From positions 151,964,001 to 152,028,000 of the forward strand of contig NC_086097.1 in assembly GCF_963921235.1 (NCBI RefSeq): 64,000 bases of DNA. Direction: 5' to 3'. Position 1 is the stretch's first letter; the number at the start of each line of letters is the position of its first letter. Of the stretch, positions 50,120 to 64,000 are shown piece by piece. Made by a program: the position numbers and the translations under genes. Source of the DNA: Mobula hypostoma (Eukaryota). Below the pieces are notes generated by a model. The model made no database searches, had not been told where the DNA came from, and worked only from the letters and a program-made list of their open reading frames with translations.

Positions 50120-51480
50120 TCTATAGGACATAGGAGTATAATCAAACCATTCACTCATTGATTCTGCTCCACCATTCAACTGTGGCTGATTTATTCCTGC
50201 TCTCAACTCAATTATCTTGCTAATATTCCCTGTAACCTTTCACACTCTTACTAATCAAGAACTTATCAACCTCCACTTTAAATATACCCAATGAATTGAC
50301 CTCCATAACTGTCTGTGGAAATGAATTCCACAGATTAACCACCCTCTATCTAAAGACATTCCTCCTAATCTGTTATAAAAGAACCTCCTTTTATTCTGAG
50401 GCTGTGCCCTCTCGTCCTATACCCTTCAACTATTGAAAACATGCTGGCCACATCAACTCTACCCAAACCTTTCAATATTTGGTAGGTTTGATTGAAATCA
50501 CCCCTCATTCTTTTAAACTCCAGTGGATCAGAGTTATCAAATATTCCTCATACATTAACACTTTCATTCCTGGGATCATTGGTGTAAACGTCCTCTTGAA
50601 TGCCAGCATATTCTTTCTTAGATATGTGGCCAAAGTGTCCACAATTCTCTAAATGTGGTCTGACTAATACCTTACAAAGCCTTAGAATTACATCCTTACT
50701 TTCATATACTAGTCCTCTCATAAATCAATACTAACATTGCATTTGCTTTCCCTATTATCAATTCAATCTGCAAGTTAACCTTTAGGGGATTCTGCACTAG
50801 CACTCCATTGTCCCTTTGCACATCTGATTTCTGAATTCACTCCCCATTTAGAAAACAGTCTTTGCTTTTAATCCTTGTACAAAAGTGCATGGCCATGCAT
50901 TTCCCTATGTTGTATTCCATCTGCCAACTCTTTGTCCATTCTCCTAATCTGTCCAATTTCTTTTGCAGACTTCCTTCTTCCTCAACATTGCTTGTCTCTC
51001 CACCTATCTTTATATCATCCACAAACTTGGCCACAAAGCCATCAATTCCATCATCCATATTATTAGCATATAACATGGAACGTAGTGGACCCAATGTGAA
51101 CACACTGGTCATTCTCATTTTCTAGCATATAGCTGGTGTCATCCACAGTGAAGACGGATGCAAAATACTCATTGATATCATCCACCATTTCTTTGCTTCC
51201 CATTACTACCTCTCCAGCATTATTTTCCAGTGGTCCAATAATCACTCTCGCCTCTGACTGTTTGTATATCTGACAAAGCACACTATTAAGCTTACCTTCA
51301 TATTTCATCTTTTCTCTGCTTATTGCTTTTTTTTTTAGTTGCCTTCATTTAGTTTTTAAAAGCTTCCTACACCTCCAGCTTCCCATTAATTTTTGCTATA
51401 TTGTATGCCCTCTCTTTTACTTTAGTACTCTCTTTGACTTCCCTTGTCAGCCACAGTTGCCTCATTCTCCATTTTGATTG
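50120..51480 (-). mobile_element. Decayed CR1 with an internal deletion near 51110
   Basis: FVAKFVDDIKIGG and INEYFASVFT pieces are juxtaposed. Confidence 0.85.
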
Positions 51481-51679
51481 CTTCTCCTTCCTTGAGTTCA
51501 ACTGACCCCGTACCTTCCAAATTAGGCCCAGAAAGTTCAGATACTACTACTCTACTGTCAACATGTCCTTGGTTTCTCAGACAAAGGAAGGAAACTTCAG
51601 TAAACAAACATGTTCTTGATTATTATCAAAACCAACTCACTATTGATAAATATGCATCTGTCAAAACAAAGAATTAATA

Positions 51680-54600
51680 TACTCCGTGAACCAGGACCCC
51701 ATTTTGGGCCACCGGTACCATCTGGGGGGAATAATTCTTATAGTGATTTTTGGCAAGGTATACACCCCTAGTGCTAGAAAATATGTGATAGCATTGCAGC
51801 AGTGGTAGCTTTCTGTGAGGGGGACTGGGAGTTGCACCTCCATGCTATAAGAACCATGATCCCATGGTGCTTTGTCTATGATAAGATGAATTATGCCAGG
51901 TACCTGTCCCTTACTTTGCTCAGATGATGAACCTCCCAGAGAAGAATCCTTCTGTGTATGAGGCCTTCAAGACAGGCCAATTCTCAGTGCAGCTGTCAAG
52001 TAACAACCCCTTTGGGCAGATCCCTGTGGACTAGGCTATTGAAGCCACAGTGAACAATGACACACAGACTCCTGGAGGCACATCACAGTTCAGCCTGAAT
52101 GCTGGAGCTATCAAGCATTACTACATAACAGCTGAGCACCGCAGTGCCTTCCTGGGACAGTTAAGGAAGATGGTGCAAGGCAACAAATCAGAGCCTTGTC
52201 ATGCGGAGCTACAGCGGTCAAGAATCCAGAAAGATGAGGAAACAGTTTCAGCAGTGGTTAGCCTCATACATGAACGGGTCAACCCATTTGCACAGAAGCA
52301 GGACCTCATCAGCATCTCTACAGCAAAGGCAGCCCCCAAGGACATTGCCTCCGACCTGATGAAGGCGTATAAGATTGGTGAGCAATGTTATGCAACCTTC
52401 AAGGATGAGAGACTAGAGGAAGACCCACCAGCAAAGAAATTCCATGACCCAATGAAAACCAACAAGCTGAAAACATTCAGTGATGTGTAAGAGAAAAGTG
52501 AAATCAAATGGGAGGGCGATCAACCTGAAAGCAGACAGGTCTTTGTTTGGACGCATCATAGTGATGGCACAAGGGCGCAGTCTACTTATGGAGGATATCC
52601 TTACTCACCCCCTTGGACCATTGCCCTAGGCTCTGTCCAAACCAGAAGGATTGCTGAGAAAGACAAATAAAGCTACTTTAGCCACAACCTTGCAGAAAAA
52701 TGTAGCAGTAGAAGAGCAACTCCCAGGAAACTCTGCTACAGTGGTTGATGGAATGAACTTGGTCCAAAGAGTGAAAGGTGATCAAATTACTTTCAGAGAT
52801 GTTGCCACAACAGTCCTGGGTATGGCTCCGAGGGAAGGCAGTCAGAGTAGCAGAATAGATGTTGTGTTCGACACATACAAGGAGAACTCTAACAAGAATA
52901 GTGAAAGATCTCTATGGGGTGAAGAGACTGGTCATAAGTTGAAAGGTATGACAGGCACACAGATGGTGAGACAGTGGAGGAGCTTCCTGACCAAAGTTAG
53001 TAACAAAAATAGTCTCATTAGCTTCATAGTCCATGAATGGAAGAAGGCAGAGTACAGACCAAAGCTACAGGAGAAGATTCTGTAAGCAACTGTGAATGAC
53101 AAATGTTACAGAATCACATCTCAAGACAGTGAGGAGGTGTCAGCTCTTCAGTGTCAACAAGAAACAGCTGGCTGCCTACTTCTCCAGGCTGCCCACTCCA
53201 CAAGAGAGGGATACCTGTCTGTAGTGATCTGCTCAGAAGGCACAGATGTCTTTATCATTTTATGACAAGATTGAGGTCCCATTGTTCAAGTGTGGCACTA
53301 GAACCCATACAAGGCTCATAGACACCAGGAAGGTTGCTGCCACTGTTGGCATAGAGGTTTGTAGGGCTCTCCTTGGGTTGCACGCATATACAGGATGTGA
53401 CACTGTGAGCGCTTTTGCAGGCAAAGGGAAGACAAGTGCCCTAAAAGTTCTGACCAGCAACAGGAAAACTCAGGACGCATTCTTAGAGTTGGGTCAGGAA
53501 TGGGACCTCGCTCCAGAACTGATGGACAAACTGGAGGCATTTACATGTCTCCTGTATGCCCCAAAAGCATCGACCAAGATCAATGAGCTCAGGTATCACC
53601 TTTTCTGTGCCAAAAGAGTGAAATCGAAAGTCATCAACTCCCACCATGCAAGGACTGCTTAACAAAGCATGCACAGCTGCCAACTACCAGGCTGGTATAT
53701 GGAGAAGATGTTTGGAGAAGGACCCACAAGTGCCAAGCCCTGTTGGCAGAGGATGGAAGATGGAGAGAGAAGAGGAAGCTGAACAGTTGGTGGTGCACTG
53801 GATGGAAGGCCAGCCAGCACCCGATGCCATCCTGGACCTACTGGCCTGTAACTGTCCGAAAAAAATGTTCACTCCCAAGATGTATGTGTTGCAAACAGCC
53901 TCAGGTGTACTGACGTGTAGACTGGCAGACTGTGACAACCAGGCATCCACCTCAGAGTGTGGAAAGTTCAGATGAAGATGTGGAAGACTTGGAAAATTAT
54001 TCTGATTATTAATAGGTTATGAAAGTATGGAAAACAAAGCATGGAAAGCAGTCTTTGATTAAATATATTCATTTTACAACCAAATGGGGCCTAGGTTATG
54101 GCCATGTGGAACTCCACATTTGAATTATTATACTGTAATTCAATATGCTATGACAAAAACTTGTTTTGATTTGATACAACAATATGGAAAATATCATGAC
54201 ATTAATAAAACTCCAGAAATCTCTCCAAATGAGGTTTTTGACCTTTTGGGGGTTGGGGTAACATCTTCTGCTGTACTGTTGTTAATATGAATATATACAA
54301 AAAGTGATGACATTTGAATTCCTGAATAAATTCTTTACAAATTCATGTGTTTATGTGTGTCCTGGGGTTTTTATTGACTTCTCCCAAAATAAACAACAGA
54401 CAAATATTTTTCTAAAAATGAAATGATTCACTCTGCTGAAATTGGGCACCGTACTGCATGTGCCACCAATGATATAGTTTTCAATGTAGAATTTTGTAAC
54501 AACATTTGATGAAAAGTGCTTGAACTTTTGCGACAATTTTCAATGTTGAGGGATCACTGATGACAAAATATCACTAGGATGAATATATATGTTGTACTTT

Positions 54601-54787
54601 ATATTGGCCACTTTTCAGAAATGCTTATTTTAGGGTAATGTTATAAAATGCATGATAGTACACATAAAGCTATGACTGGTGCAATGCTATCACATTTCTA
54701 ACTCTAGAGATGTATACCTTGTCAAATATCACTATGAGCATTATTCCCCTCAGATGGTACTGACCAACCCTACTGGCTCATGGACTA
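51680..54787 (+). mobile_element. Academ (AcademX-type) DNA transposon, internally deleted; ~130-bp imperfect TIRs; 3-bp TSD ATA
   Basis: TIRs at 51680-51817 and 54661-54787 (TACTCC...GGACTA). ATA at 51677-51679 and 54788-54790. Disrupted protein with MNYARYL...PVD-AIE, XPG-like VVDGM, DVVFDTY and LHAYTGCDTVSAFAGKGK, and a Cys-rich C-terminus. Confidence 0.82.
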
Positions 54788-54874
54788 ATAGTAATTAATT
54801 TAGAATTAATAAAAAATTAATAAAGATAATTTAAACTGAAATTATATACCCAGGATGCCTTTCCCATAGGTTTA

Positions 54875-56795
54875 GAAACACAGAAAACCTACAACACAAT
54901 ACAGGCCCTTCGGCCCACAAAGCTACACTGAACATATCCCTACCTTAGAACTACCTAGGCTTACCCAGTGTCCTCTACTTTTCTAATCTCCATGTATCCA
55001 TCCAGGAGTCTCTTAAAAGACCCTATCGTTTCCACCTCCACCATCACCGCTGGCAGCCCATTCCATGCACTCACTCTGCATATTAAAAAAAAATACCCCT
55101 GACATCTCCTCTGTACCTACTTCCAAGCACCTTAAAAATATGCCCTCTCATGCTAACCATTTAAGCCCTGGGAAAAAAACCTCTGAATATCCACATGATC
55201 AATGCCTTTCATTATCTTGTACAGCTCTATCAGGTCACCTCTCATCCTCCATCACTCTGTTGCTCCAAGGAGAAAAGGCCAAGTTCACTCAACCTATTCT
55301 CGTAAGGCATCCTCCCCAATCCAGGCAACATCCTTGTAAATCTTCTCTGCACCCTTTCTATGGTTTCCACGTCCTTCCTGTAGTGAGGCGACCAGAACTG
55401 AGAACAGAACTCCAAGTGGGGTCTGACCAGGGTCCTAAATAGCTGCAACATTACCTCTCTGCTCTTAAACTCAATCCCACGATTGATGAAGGCCAATGCA
55501 CCGTATGCCTTCTTAACCACACAGTCAACCTGCATAGCAGCTTTGAGTGTCCTATGGACTTGGACCCCAGGATCCCTCTGATCCTCCACACTGCCAAGAG
55601 TCTTGCCATTAATGCTACATTCTGCCATCATATTTGACCTACCAAAATGAACTACCTCACACTTATCTGGGTGGAACTCCATTTGCCACTTCTCAGCCCA
55701 ATTTTGCATCCTATCAATATCCTGCTGTAAAATATGACAGCCCTCTGCACTATCCACAACACCCCCAACCTTTGTGTCATCAGCCAAATTTACTAACCCA
55801 TCCCTTCACTTCCTCATCCAGGTCATTTATAAAAATCACAAAGAGTAGGTGTCCCAGAACAAATCCCTGAGGCACACCACTGGTCACTGTCCTCCATGCA
55901 GAATATGATCCATCTACAACTGCTCTTTGCCTTCTGTGGGCAAGCCAATTGTGGATCCACAAAGCAAATTCCCCTTTGATCCCATGCCTTACTTTCTCAA
56001 TAAGCCTTGCAAGAGGTACCTGATCAAATGCCTTGCTAAAATCCATATAATTACATCTATGGCTCTACCTTCATCAATGTATTTAGTCACATCCTCAGAA
56101 AATTCAATCAGGCTTGTAAGGCACAACCTGTATTTGACAAAGCCAGGATGACTATTCCTTATCATATTACGCCTCTCCAAATGTTCATAAATTCTGCCTC
56201 TCAGGATCTTTTCCATCAACTTTCCAACCACTGAAGTAAGACTCACTGGTCTACAATTTCCTGGGCTATCCCTAATCCCTTTCTTAAATAAGGGAACAAC
56301 ATTCACAACCCTCCAGAACCTCTCCCGTCCTCATTGATGATGCAAAGATCATCACCTGAGGCTCAGCAATCTCCTCCCTCGCTTCCCACAGTAGCCTGGT
56401 GTACATCCCGTCCGGTCCTGGAAACTTATCCAACTTGATACTCTCCGAAAGCTCTAGCACATCCTCTTCTTTAATATCTACATGCTCAAGCTTTTCAGTC
56501 CTCTGCAAGTCATCCCTACAATCGCCAAGAGCCTTTTCCATAGTGAATACTAAAGCAAAGTATTCATTAAATGCGGGTTCTTTTTCAACATTTAAGAATA
56601 AATTGGACAGCTACATGGATGGGAGGTGTATGGAGGGTTATAGTCCGTGTGGTCAGTGGGACTAGGCAGAAAATGGTTCGGCACAGCCAAGAAGGGCCAA
56701 AAGGCCTGTTTCTGTGCTGTAGTTTTTCTATGGTTTCTATTAAGTAGCTCTGCCATCTCCTCCAGTTCCACACACACTTTTCCACTATCACACTT
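54875..56795 (-). mobile_element. CR1 LINE (RT and 3' end), same subfamily as 40941-43960
   Basis: ORFs 55242-55787, 55780-56046 and 55989-56306. Confidence 0.93.
56571..56738 (+). mobile_element. Short CR1 3' terminus nested antisense in a CR1; TSD ATTAA
   Basis: ATTAA at 56566-56570 and 56739-56743. TTTCTATGG tail. Confidence 0.85.
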
Positions 56796-56992
56796 GAATG
56801 ACTTTAGCATTCATAAAGTAGTAATTTTCTCTCAATGGAATCAACTTGAATCATTCCTTCACAAGAAGAGTAGATGAAATGGTGAAAAAATACATATATT
56901 ATTTTTAGTCCATTAATTCCATTCATCTTTTAGGAATAAGTTGGTCTGACAAACAACAATGTCCTGATTTTAGCAATGGATTAGGAATAGTA

Positions 56993-59120
56993 AAGACCAT
57001 AAGACATAGGAGCAGAATTGGGCCATCTGGCCCAATGAGTCTGCTCTGCCAATCAATCATGGCTGATCATTTTTTTCCTCTTCATCAACCCCAGTTCCCA
57101 TCCTTCTCCCTGTAACCTTTGATGCCATGTCCAATCAAGAACTTACCAATCTCTGCCTTAAATACACTCAATGACCTAGCCTCCATAGCTGAATGTTGCA
57201 ACAAATTGCACAAATTCACCAATGTTTGGCTAAAGAAATTTCTTCGCAACTCTCTTTTGGAAGGGCACCCCTCTATCCTGAGACTGTGCCCCTTTGTCCT
57301 AGACTCTCCCACCTTGGGAAAACTTCCTTTCCACATCTACTCTGTCAAGGCCTTTCAACATTTGAAAGGTTTCAATGAGATTCCCCCAATCTTTCTGAAT
57401 TCCAGTAAGTACAGACCTACAGCCAAAGGTTCCTCGTATGATAACCATTTCATTCCTGGAATCATCCTTGTGCACCTCCTCTGGACCCCCTCCAAAAGCA
57501 GCACATCTTTTTTAAGACGAAGTTGCCCAAAACTGTTCACAATACTGAAGGTGAGGCCTCACTAGTGTCTTATAAAGCCTCAGCATCACATCCTTGCTCT
57601 TGTATTCTGGACCTCTTGAAACAAATGCTAACATGGCATTTGCCTTCCTCACCACAAACTCAACCTGCAAGTTAACCTTCAGGGTGTTCTGCACAAGGAT
57701 TCCCAAGTCCCTCTGCATCTCAGATTCCTGGATTTTCTCCCTGTTAAGAAAATAGTCTGCACATTTATTTGTACTACAGAAGTGCATGACTGTGCATTTT
57801 CCAACATTGTATTTCATTTGCCCCTTTCTTGGCAATTCTCCTAATCTGTCTAAATCCTTCTGCATCCTACCCATTTCCACAACATTACCTGCCCCTCCAC
57901 CAATCTTCCTATCATCTGCAAACTTGGCAACAAAACCATTTATTCCATCATCTAAATCATTTATATACAGCATAAAAAGTGGTCCCAACACCAACCTCAT
58001 GTGAACAGCATTAGTCTCTGGCAGCCAACCAGAAAAGGATCCTTTTATTCCCATTTGTTACCTCCTACCAATCAGCCAATGTTCTAACCATGTTAGTAAC
58101 GTTCTTGTAATACCATGGGCTCTTAACTTCAAAGGTTTCAAAGATACATTTGATGTCAGCAATGTATACAGTATACATCCTGAAATGCTTTTTCTTCCCA
58201 ACCATCCATGAAAAAGAGGAGCGTCCCCAAGGAATGACAGTTAAATGTTAGAATCCCAAAGTCCTGTCCAGCTCCTTTCCCTCCCACGCACAAGTGGCAG
58301 CAAGCAACTAATCCCCACTCCCCCCACCAGCAAAAAAAAAATAGCATCGGCACCTGCCACTGAGCACTCAACTGTGAGCAAAGCAACAGCGAAGACACAG
58401 ACTTGCAGTACCCCAAAGACTACTTGTTCACCCTGTATTTGACATACCATAGGCGCTCACTCTCTCCCCCCCATCCCCAATAAAGGAGAAAGATGTCTCC
58501 GTTTCACAGCGAAAGTGGAGATGTAACAAATAACTCGCTGATTTATGATGTCATAAGTCCATTGCGTCACTTTTTCCAAGCTCTGTGCCCAAAGATCTCG
58601 GGTCTCTGGGCACACAGTCTTAGATCTATCATCTCCCATGACACACCAATCTCCTGCCCGGACACCAACCTTCTATTTGCCTGTCTCCAGAGGGCCGAGA
58701 TCTCATGGCTCTGAAGGTGAGCTGAGCCTTTTTAGGCTGAGCCCTCGGCATGTCGAATAACTGCCAGTCATGAAACCCTGAGAGCAGGTCCCATTCCTGC
58801 AAAGAACTGAACTCAGCGTGTAACTCCAGGTCAGGGTCTTCAAAAGAATCCTGAAAGGGAAAAATAGAGATATTAAAGATGAAAATAGAGCTGTTTCCAA
58901 AGATGCAAGCAAAGGAGTTACCGTTAGGTGCCATTAACCCTCCTAAGCTCCTCCTCCTTTCTTGTAAGCAGCCTCATGTGTAGCACCTTGTCAAAGGCCT
59001 TCTGAAAGTCCAAATATATAACATCCACTGCATCCGCTTTATCTATCCTACTTGTAATCTCCTCAAAGAATTCCAACAGGTTTGTCAGGCAGGATTTTCC
59101 TTGCAGGACACCATGTGACT
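56993..59120 (-). mobile_element. CR1 LINE (RT and 3' end), split by an ~830-bp insertion
   Basis: ORF 57512-58054 contains KFADD. YLDFQKAFDKV lies at 58980-59020. Confidence 0.9.
58130..58960 (-). mobile_element. Non-coding retroelement (SINE or non-autonomous LINE derivative) nested in CR1
   Basis: Interrupts the CR1 at cttaactt|...|gtaagcagcc. LINE-like tail on the minus strand. No coding motifs. Confidence 0.6.
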
Positions 59121-59549
59121 TTGTGCCGTGGTAAAGTGAACCATTAAGAATGTGGTATTGCAGAGGCCTAGCAGGTTGACAAAGTTGATCTAATTTATAA
59201 AATATTCTTGGAGTTCTACCCAAGAATAGATTAACTTTCTTTAGAAGGTTTTACAGTGGAGCTGGCTGATTTGAGGTGGAACCTTGGCTGAGAATTTCAA
59301 GAAATAGACAATGTGGAGAAGAATCTGTGGGTGATTACAGACATGATCAAGGAACAGGGGAATTGTTGCAACTAAATTAAGGAGCCTGGAGTGGCACTGC
59401 AGATGTAAATAGGAGTCAAATAGGCAGGAAGGAAGGTTTTAACAGATGTGCCAAGAAAATGTGGATGCATCTGGCCTCAACTATATGCTTGGAATGACCA
59501 GTACAAAACGCATTGAAACAAGATCCATTTCACACTGAATACATTAGAA

Positions 59550-60450
59550 CCTGCAACATAAAACAGTACTGAACAAGAACAGACTCTTTGGCCCAAGATG
59601 TCTGCCCTTACCATGGTGTATATTTAAATATCTGCCTGCATGTAGTCTATATTCAATTCCCCACTTATTCATGCACCTCTCTAAATGCTGTTAAATGTTG
59701 CTACCATGTCTGGTTCTGCCACTTCCCTGGTAGCATGTTCCAGGCATCTAGCATTTGTGTAAAAATCTTGCTCTGTAAGTCTCCATCAAATTTTCCCTTT
59801 CACACTTTAAATTTACACCCCCTTCTATTTGATATTTCCACCCAAGAAAGAGTCTTCTGACTACCTGTCTTGTTTATCCCTTCCATAATTTTATATATTT
59901 CTATATGGCCGTCTTTCAGCCTCCAATGTTCCAGAGAAAATTATCTATGTACAATTTTACAACCAAAATACTTCAATCCAGAAAACATCCCAGTTAAATT
60001 CTTGCACCTTCTCTAAACTCTACACATTCTTTCTATGCTGCAGTGATCTGAGGTGTAATAATGAGGCCCAGCTAAAATATTGTACAACTGCAACTTGACT
60101 TCCCTACTTTTATAATCAACACTCTGACTGATGAAATCATTCAGTGTGCCTTCTTTACCATTCTATCTCATTTAGATGCTGCTTTCAGGTTTCCAAGTTC
60201 TTGCAACTCCCAAGATCCCTCTCAAGATAAATGCTCCTTAAGATAATGCTGTATACTTGCCTCTTACATTTAACCTCCCAAAGTGCAATACCTCACTCTT
60301 GACCAGATTAAACTCCATCTACTATTTAGCTGCCCACATTTCTGATCTATATCCTGCTGAATACTTTTACTTATTATCCACAACCACAGATTTTTGTGTA
60401 ATCTACAAACTTACTGACCAGCCCATCTACTTACTTCCAAATCACATTTA
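59550..60450 (-). mobile_element. Old CR1 3' region
   Basis: Antisense KFVD-TK and MEFN motifs and the CR1 terminus. Confidence 0.7.
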
Positions 60451-61439
60451 TACATTTATGATTCTTGTGGGTAGTGTCCTTACAGGACAAATGACCCCAG
60501 CCATTATCAATATTCTTCAGAGATTGTCTGCCTGGTATCAGTAGTCACATAACCAGGACTTGTGATATGCACCAGCTGCTCAAACAACTATCCACCACCT
60601 GTTTCCATGGCTACATATAACCCTGATCAGGGGACCTCTGTGTTCTACAGATAAGCCAGTTTTGAATACATTCTATCAAACCTCCAGCGATCCCACGTGC
60701 CCTAATCTTCTGGGGCTGCCAGCTATGAGGTATTGTGTTGAAAGAAGCGCCCATAACCTCTCAATCTATTTGTGGGCTATACTAGATTAAATAGGACAGG
60801 TACAGCTACTCCTACCTCACCATCCATGAAAATCATAAGTTGAACATAACAGAAGATCGTCCCCATTGGAATCCGTAACTGCTTGGCCAAATACAAATCT
60901 TCTTATACTTGCTTCTATGTCAGAGATTAAAACCCGATTCAGTGAGATTTGCTGAAGAGCATATCAGAAAGAGCACTGGGTGGTAGGAAACTTGAAGTTA
61001 TGACTCAGTAAGTTATGCTTAGTAGCAGCAACTGTATGTTCTAGTTTATGAAGCAATCCCACATCATGAGATTAGATTAAAGTTATACAGCTACAATCAT
61101 GTGAAAAAGCCTGTAATCCCCATAGCGCCATGTTTTCTCTGTCCCTATGCACATCTTACAAATAAAAATTTGACTTTCTTGGAAATGAAAACATCAGAGA
61201 CATCATTTAATCCAACAGAACCTGGTGGACTAATAGTTACAAATGTCTCCTTTAAAACCTGAAATAGTGCATAGGCATAGAAACCATGCAAAGGAACAGG
61301 CCCCTTCAAAGTACAAAGAGAAGTTTATATCAAAGTATATGCATGTCACCATATACAACCCTGAGATTCATTTCCTTTTGGGCAAACTCAGTAAATCCAA
61401 GAATTATAATAGAATCAATGAAAGGCTCACAGTATTTGT

Positions 61440-61850
61440 GATACTGGACATTAGCACACAATATTTGTGACAAAAAATGATGCCAAACTAAACTAATTCT
61501 GCCTGCTTAAATGCTTTCTTAGTCCCTTCACTCCCTCCCTGTTAATGTGCCTGTCTAAGTACCTCTTAAACATTGCTGTCTTATCTGCTCCTATCAACTT
61601 CCCAGGCAGTATGTTCCAGTTACCTACTACTGTGTTAAAAACTTACCTTGTAAACTTCCTTTACATTTTTCCTATCTCACCTGAAAACAATTCCACCTGG
61701 CATTTCACATTTGCATACTGGGGAATTTAACATTCCTGACCTTTCTATGCCTCTTATAATTTTATATACACTTGTTAGGTCACCTCTCAGCCTCTAATAG
61801 TCTAGAGAAATCCAAATTTATACAACCTCCCCATGTAGTTAATACTCTCT
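61440..61850 (-). mobile_element. Old CR1 3' fragment
   Basis: Antisense LRGDL and WNILPGKL-like motifs. Confidence 0.6.
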
Positions 61851-61859
61851 AATCATCTA

Positions 61860-63060
61860 ATTGTTAGCTAATAGGTGATTGGCTAAGCAACTAATCAACA
61901 GCCCCTAAAAAAGCAGAGTGGACCAGTATAGGGCATGGTGATGGTGATTGTAATTGTGGGAGATTTAAAAAGGTGATTCTTGCAGATTGGTTAATAGGAG
62001 GGCACTTTATTCAATAAAAGATTAAGTTTTAAAGTAGTAGTTCTGAGATTAAAGAGGTGAGGCTTTAGTGCAGAGGTTAGTAAAAACAGGTAAGGTTTCA
62101 TTTTTTACTACTCATCCTTCTTACTTAATTTGGTGGTAGTTAGGACACTTTCTGCAAGGTGTGGGAGTTCAGGGAAACTTTTGGAAGTGCAGTCAGCTAT
62201 AGCTCCTGACAGCCCAGGTTAAGGAGCTGGAAGTGGATGTACTCAGGACCAATGGGGAGGCTAAGCACCTCAAAAATGAGACCTTCACTGAGGTACTCAC
62301 ATAGGAGGTACAGACTTCAAATTGAGGGTGAACACCAGGGAAAGAAGAATAGGTGGTCAATAGGATTCACCTATGGGCAACAGGTCTACCCATTTAGCTT
62401 CTGGAAAGGGGGTGTTCTCTGAGGGAAAGGATATAGTCAGACAGGGTGATGGTGATCAGAAACTTGGTAGTGAAGGGAACATGTAGGAAATGTGGCTGTA
62501 GATTAAGTGCCAGGGTTGTTGTCTCCGGGATGTTAGGGTCAGGAATCTGTGTGGCTATGGCAAAGTCTTGAGGGCGAAGATAAGCAGCCAGAAGTTGTTG
62601 TATGTGCTGGCACAAATTACATCAGCACAATGAAGGGTAAGGTCTTACAGAATAACTAAGAGTTGGGTAAGAAGTTAAAAAACAAGACCTTCAGTGTAGT
62701 GAACTCTGGGATTACACCTGATGCCAGGTGCTAATGAAGTCAGAGATAGGATAGACCAAATGAATTTGTGGCTGAGAATCTGGTGCAAGGAGACAGGAGC
62801 TTAGGTTCTTAGGCTATTGAAGTCTCTTCTTGGGCAGAGAAGACCTGCACAAAAAGGATGAGTTGCACTGGAACCAAGAAAGACGACCGTTTTCCTTGCA
62901 GCGGAAATTGCAAGTGATTTACAGGAGTGTTTAAACTTGATTGCTGGGGGAGTGGGGTGTGCTTGGAACATAAGCAAGTCATGGGATAAAGTAGTAGTTA
63001 GCAAGAGAGTCTAGTAATGAGGATAGCAGAACACAGTAAAGGCAGGGAAAGAAATGATTA
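61860..63060 (+). mobile_element. Old CR1 5' UTR and ORF1 region
   Basis: Similar to 17200-17680 and 22290-22720 (V--LELEVD, GTN, NLWL--WC motifs). Confidence 0.6.
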
Positions 63061-63093
63061 GTTAAACAATTATTTTGATGCTTCATGTTTAAA

Positions 63094-64000
63094 TGTAGGT
63101 TTTTGCAAATAAAACAAAGTGAGGTGTTCTATTTAATGAAACCCATAACACATTTTATTGAACTCCGAAACCTAAACATAAAAGCACACTAAATATCTTT
63201 ATGTACCATGTCATCAATTCAGAAGTCTCTTAAAGAGAAATTGCAGCATAATGTCAGTGGTTGTGAATTATGTACATTTCTTCCAATTACGTTACCCTAC
63301 ACAGGTTCCCCCGGAGTTCACTAAAACTGACATTGGGAGACTGTCTGGAGCTCAGATGAGCTGGCTGGCTCAGGTCCTGTGTTCCATGGGCTAAGGAACC
63401 TCAGGTGCCCCTGGCTTGTCCAGAGGTATGTTGACATGCTCACGATCATGTTGTGATGCAGGGCCTGGCAACAGAATATTCCAAATCTTACTGGGCTGGT
63501 TTAAGGCAATCTACCAGTATACGTTCTGGTTTATCCCTCATCGATGATAGGTCTTCTCTCCCCATTCCAAAAGCGGAACGGGCCACTGTAAGGGGACTAA
63601 GGGAATGTTGGTGTGAGTCATGGCAGACAAAACCAAACAAGGGGGATTACAGAACAGGAACCCAAGAGTGTTGTACACCATGATGGGAGGTTGGAATGGT
63701 TGAGAAGGAATTGAATTTGGTGAGGAGGATGGAATGCTGTTGGGAGGCCGACCAGGTTGTGAATGAAATAACCTGGCACTTGTAATGGCTGCCCATTTAC
63801 CAACTCTGCCACGGCTGACTGCAGGCCCTTTTTTCGGAACAGTTCTGAGCCCCAGCAGGACCCATGGCAGATGATTGTGTTAACACTCCCTGGTCAAAGC
63901 AGACTTTAAGGAGTGGTGAATCCACTCCTTTATGCTATTGGACTGCAGGTGATGCACTATGGTGTGATGTTGCCTAATGCCGAGGTTCTGGGCCATCGCA
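63094..64000 (-). mobile_element. CsRn1-like Gypsy 3' part: integrase C-terminus, PPT and 3' LTR (63094-63301); runs off the window end
   Basis: LTR ends TGTAGG...CCTACA, with gggggaacc PPT adjacent. HSLKSAL...LPWVLLGLRT and AELVNGQPLQVPG motifs. Confidence 0.85.

Overview
This is eukaryotic, vertebrate-type DNA made mostly of nested transposable elements. The repeat mix (CR1, L1, Rex1/Babar, Penelope, Deu- and CORE-type SINEs) suggests a cartilaginous fish, probably a ray; that assignment is inference. No host protein-coding gene could be supported. Contents: many decayed CR1 LINEs; three CsRn1-clade Gypsy copies (one with both LTRs and a tRNA-Trp PBS); an RT-less Mag-like Gypsy; an old BEL/Pao element (33128-47914, GGAAC target duplication) hosting a stack of later insertions; an Academ DNA transposon with TIRs and an ATA target duplication; two Penelope copies with hammerhead ribozyme motifs; and two L1s. 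The main observation is a young L1 (35688-39742) with an uninterrupted ~1,230-codon ORF2, flanked by an apparently identical 2,136-bp direct duplication of its target (33552-35687 = 39743-41878) that begins at an L1-endonuclease-like TC/AAAAA site. This looks like a kilobase-scale target-site duplication. Two smaller cases of local templated copying also occur: a Penelope insertion carrying an inverted ~409-bp copy of nearby DNA, and a 23-bp templated patch inside a Gypsy. Coordinates and mismatch counts were read by eye, and ends of old repeats are approximate.
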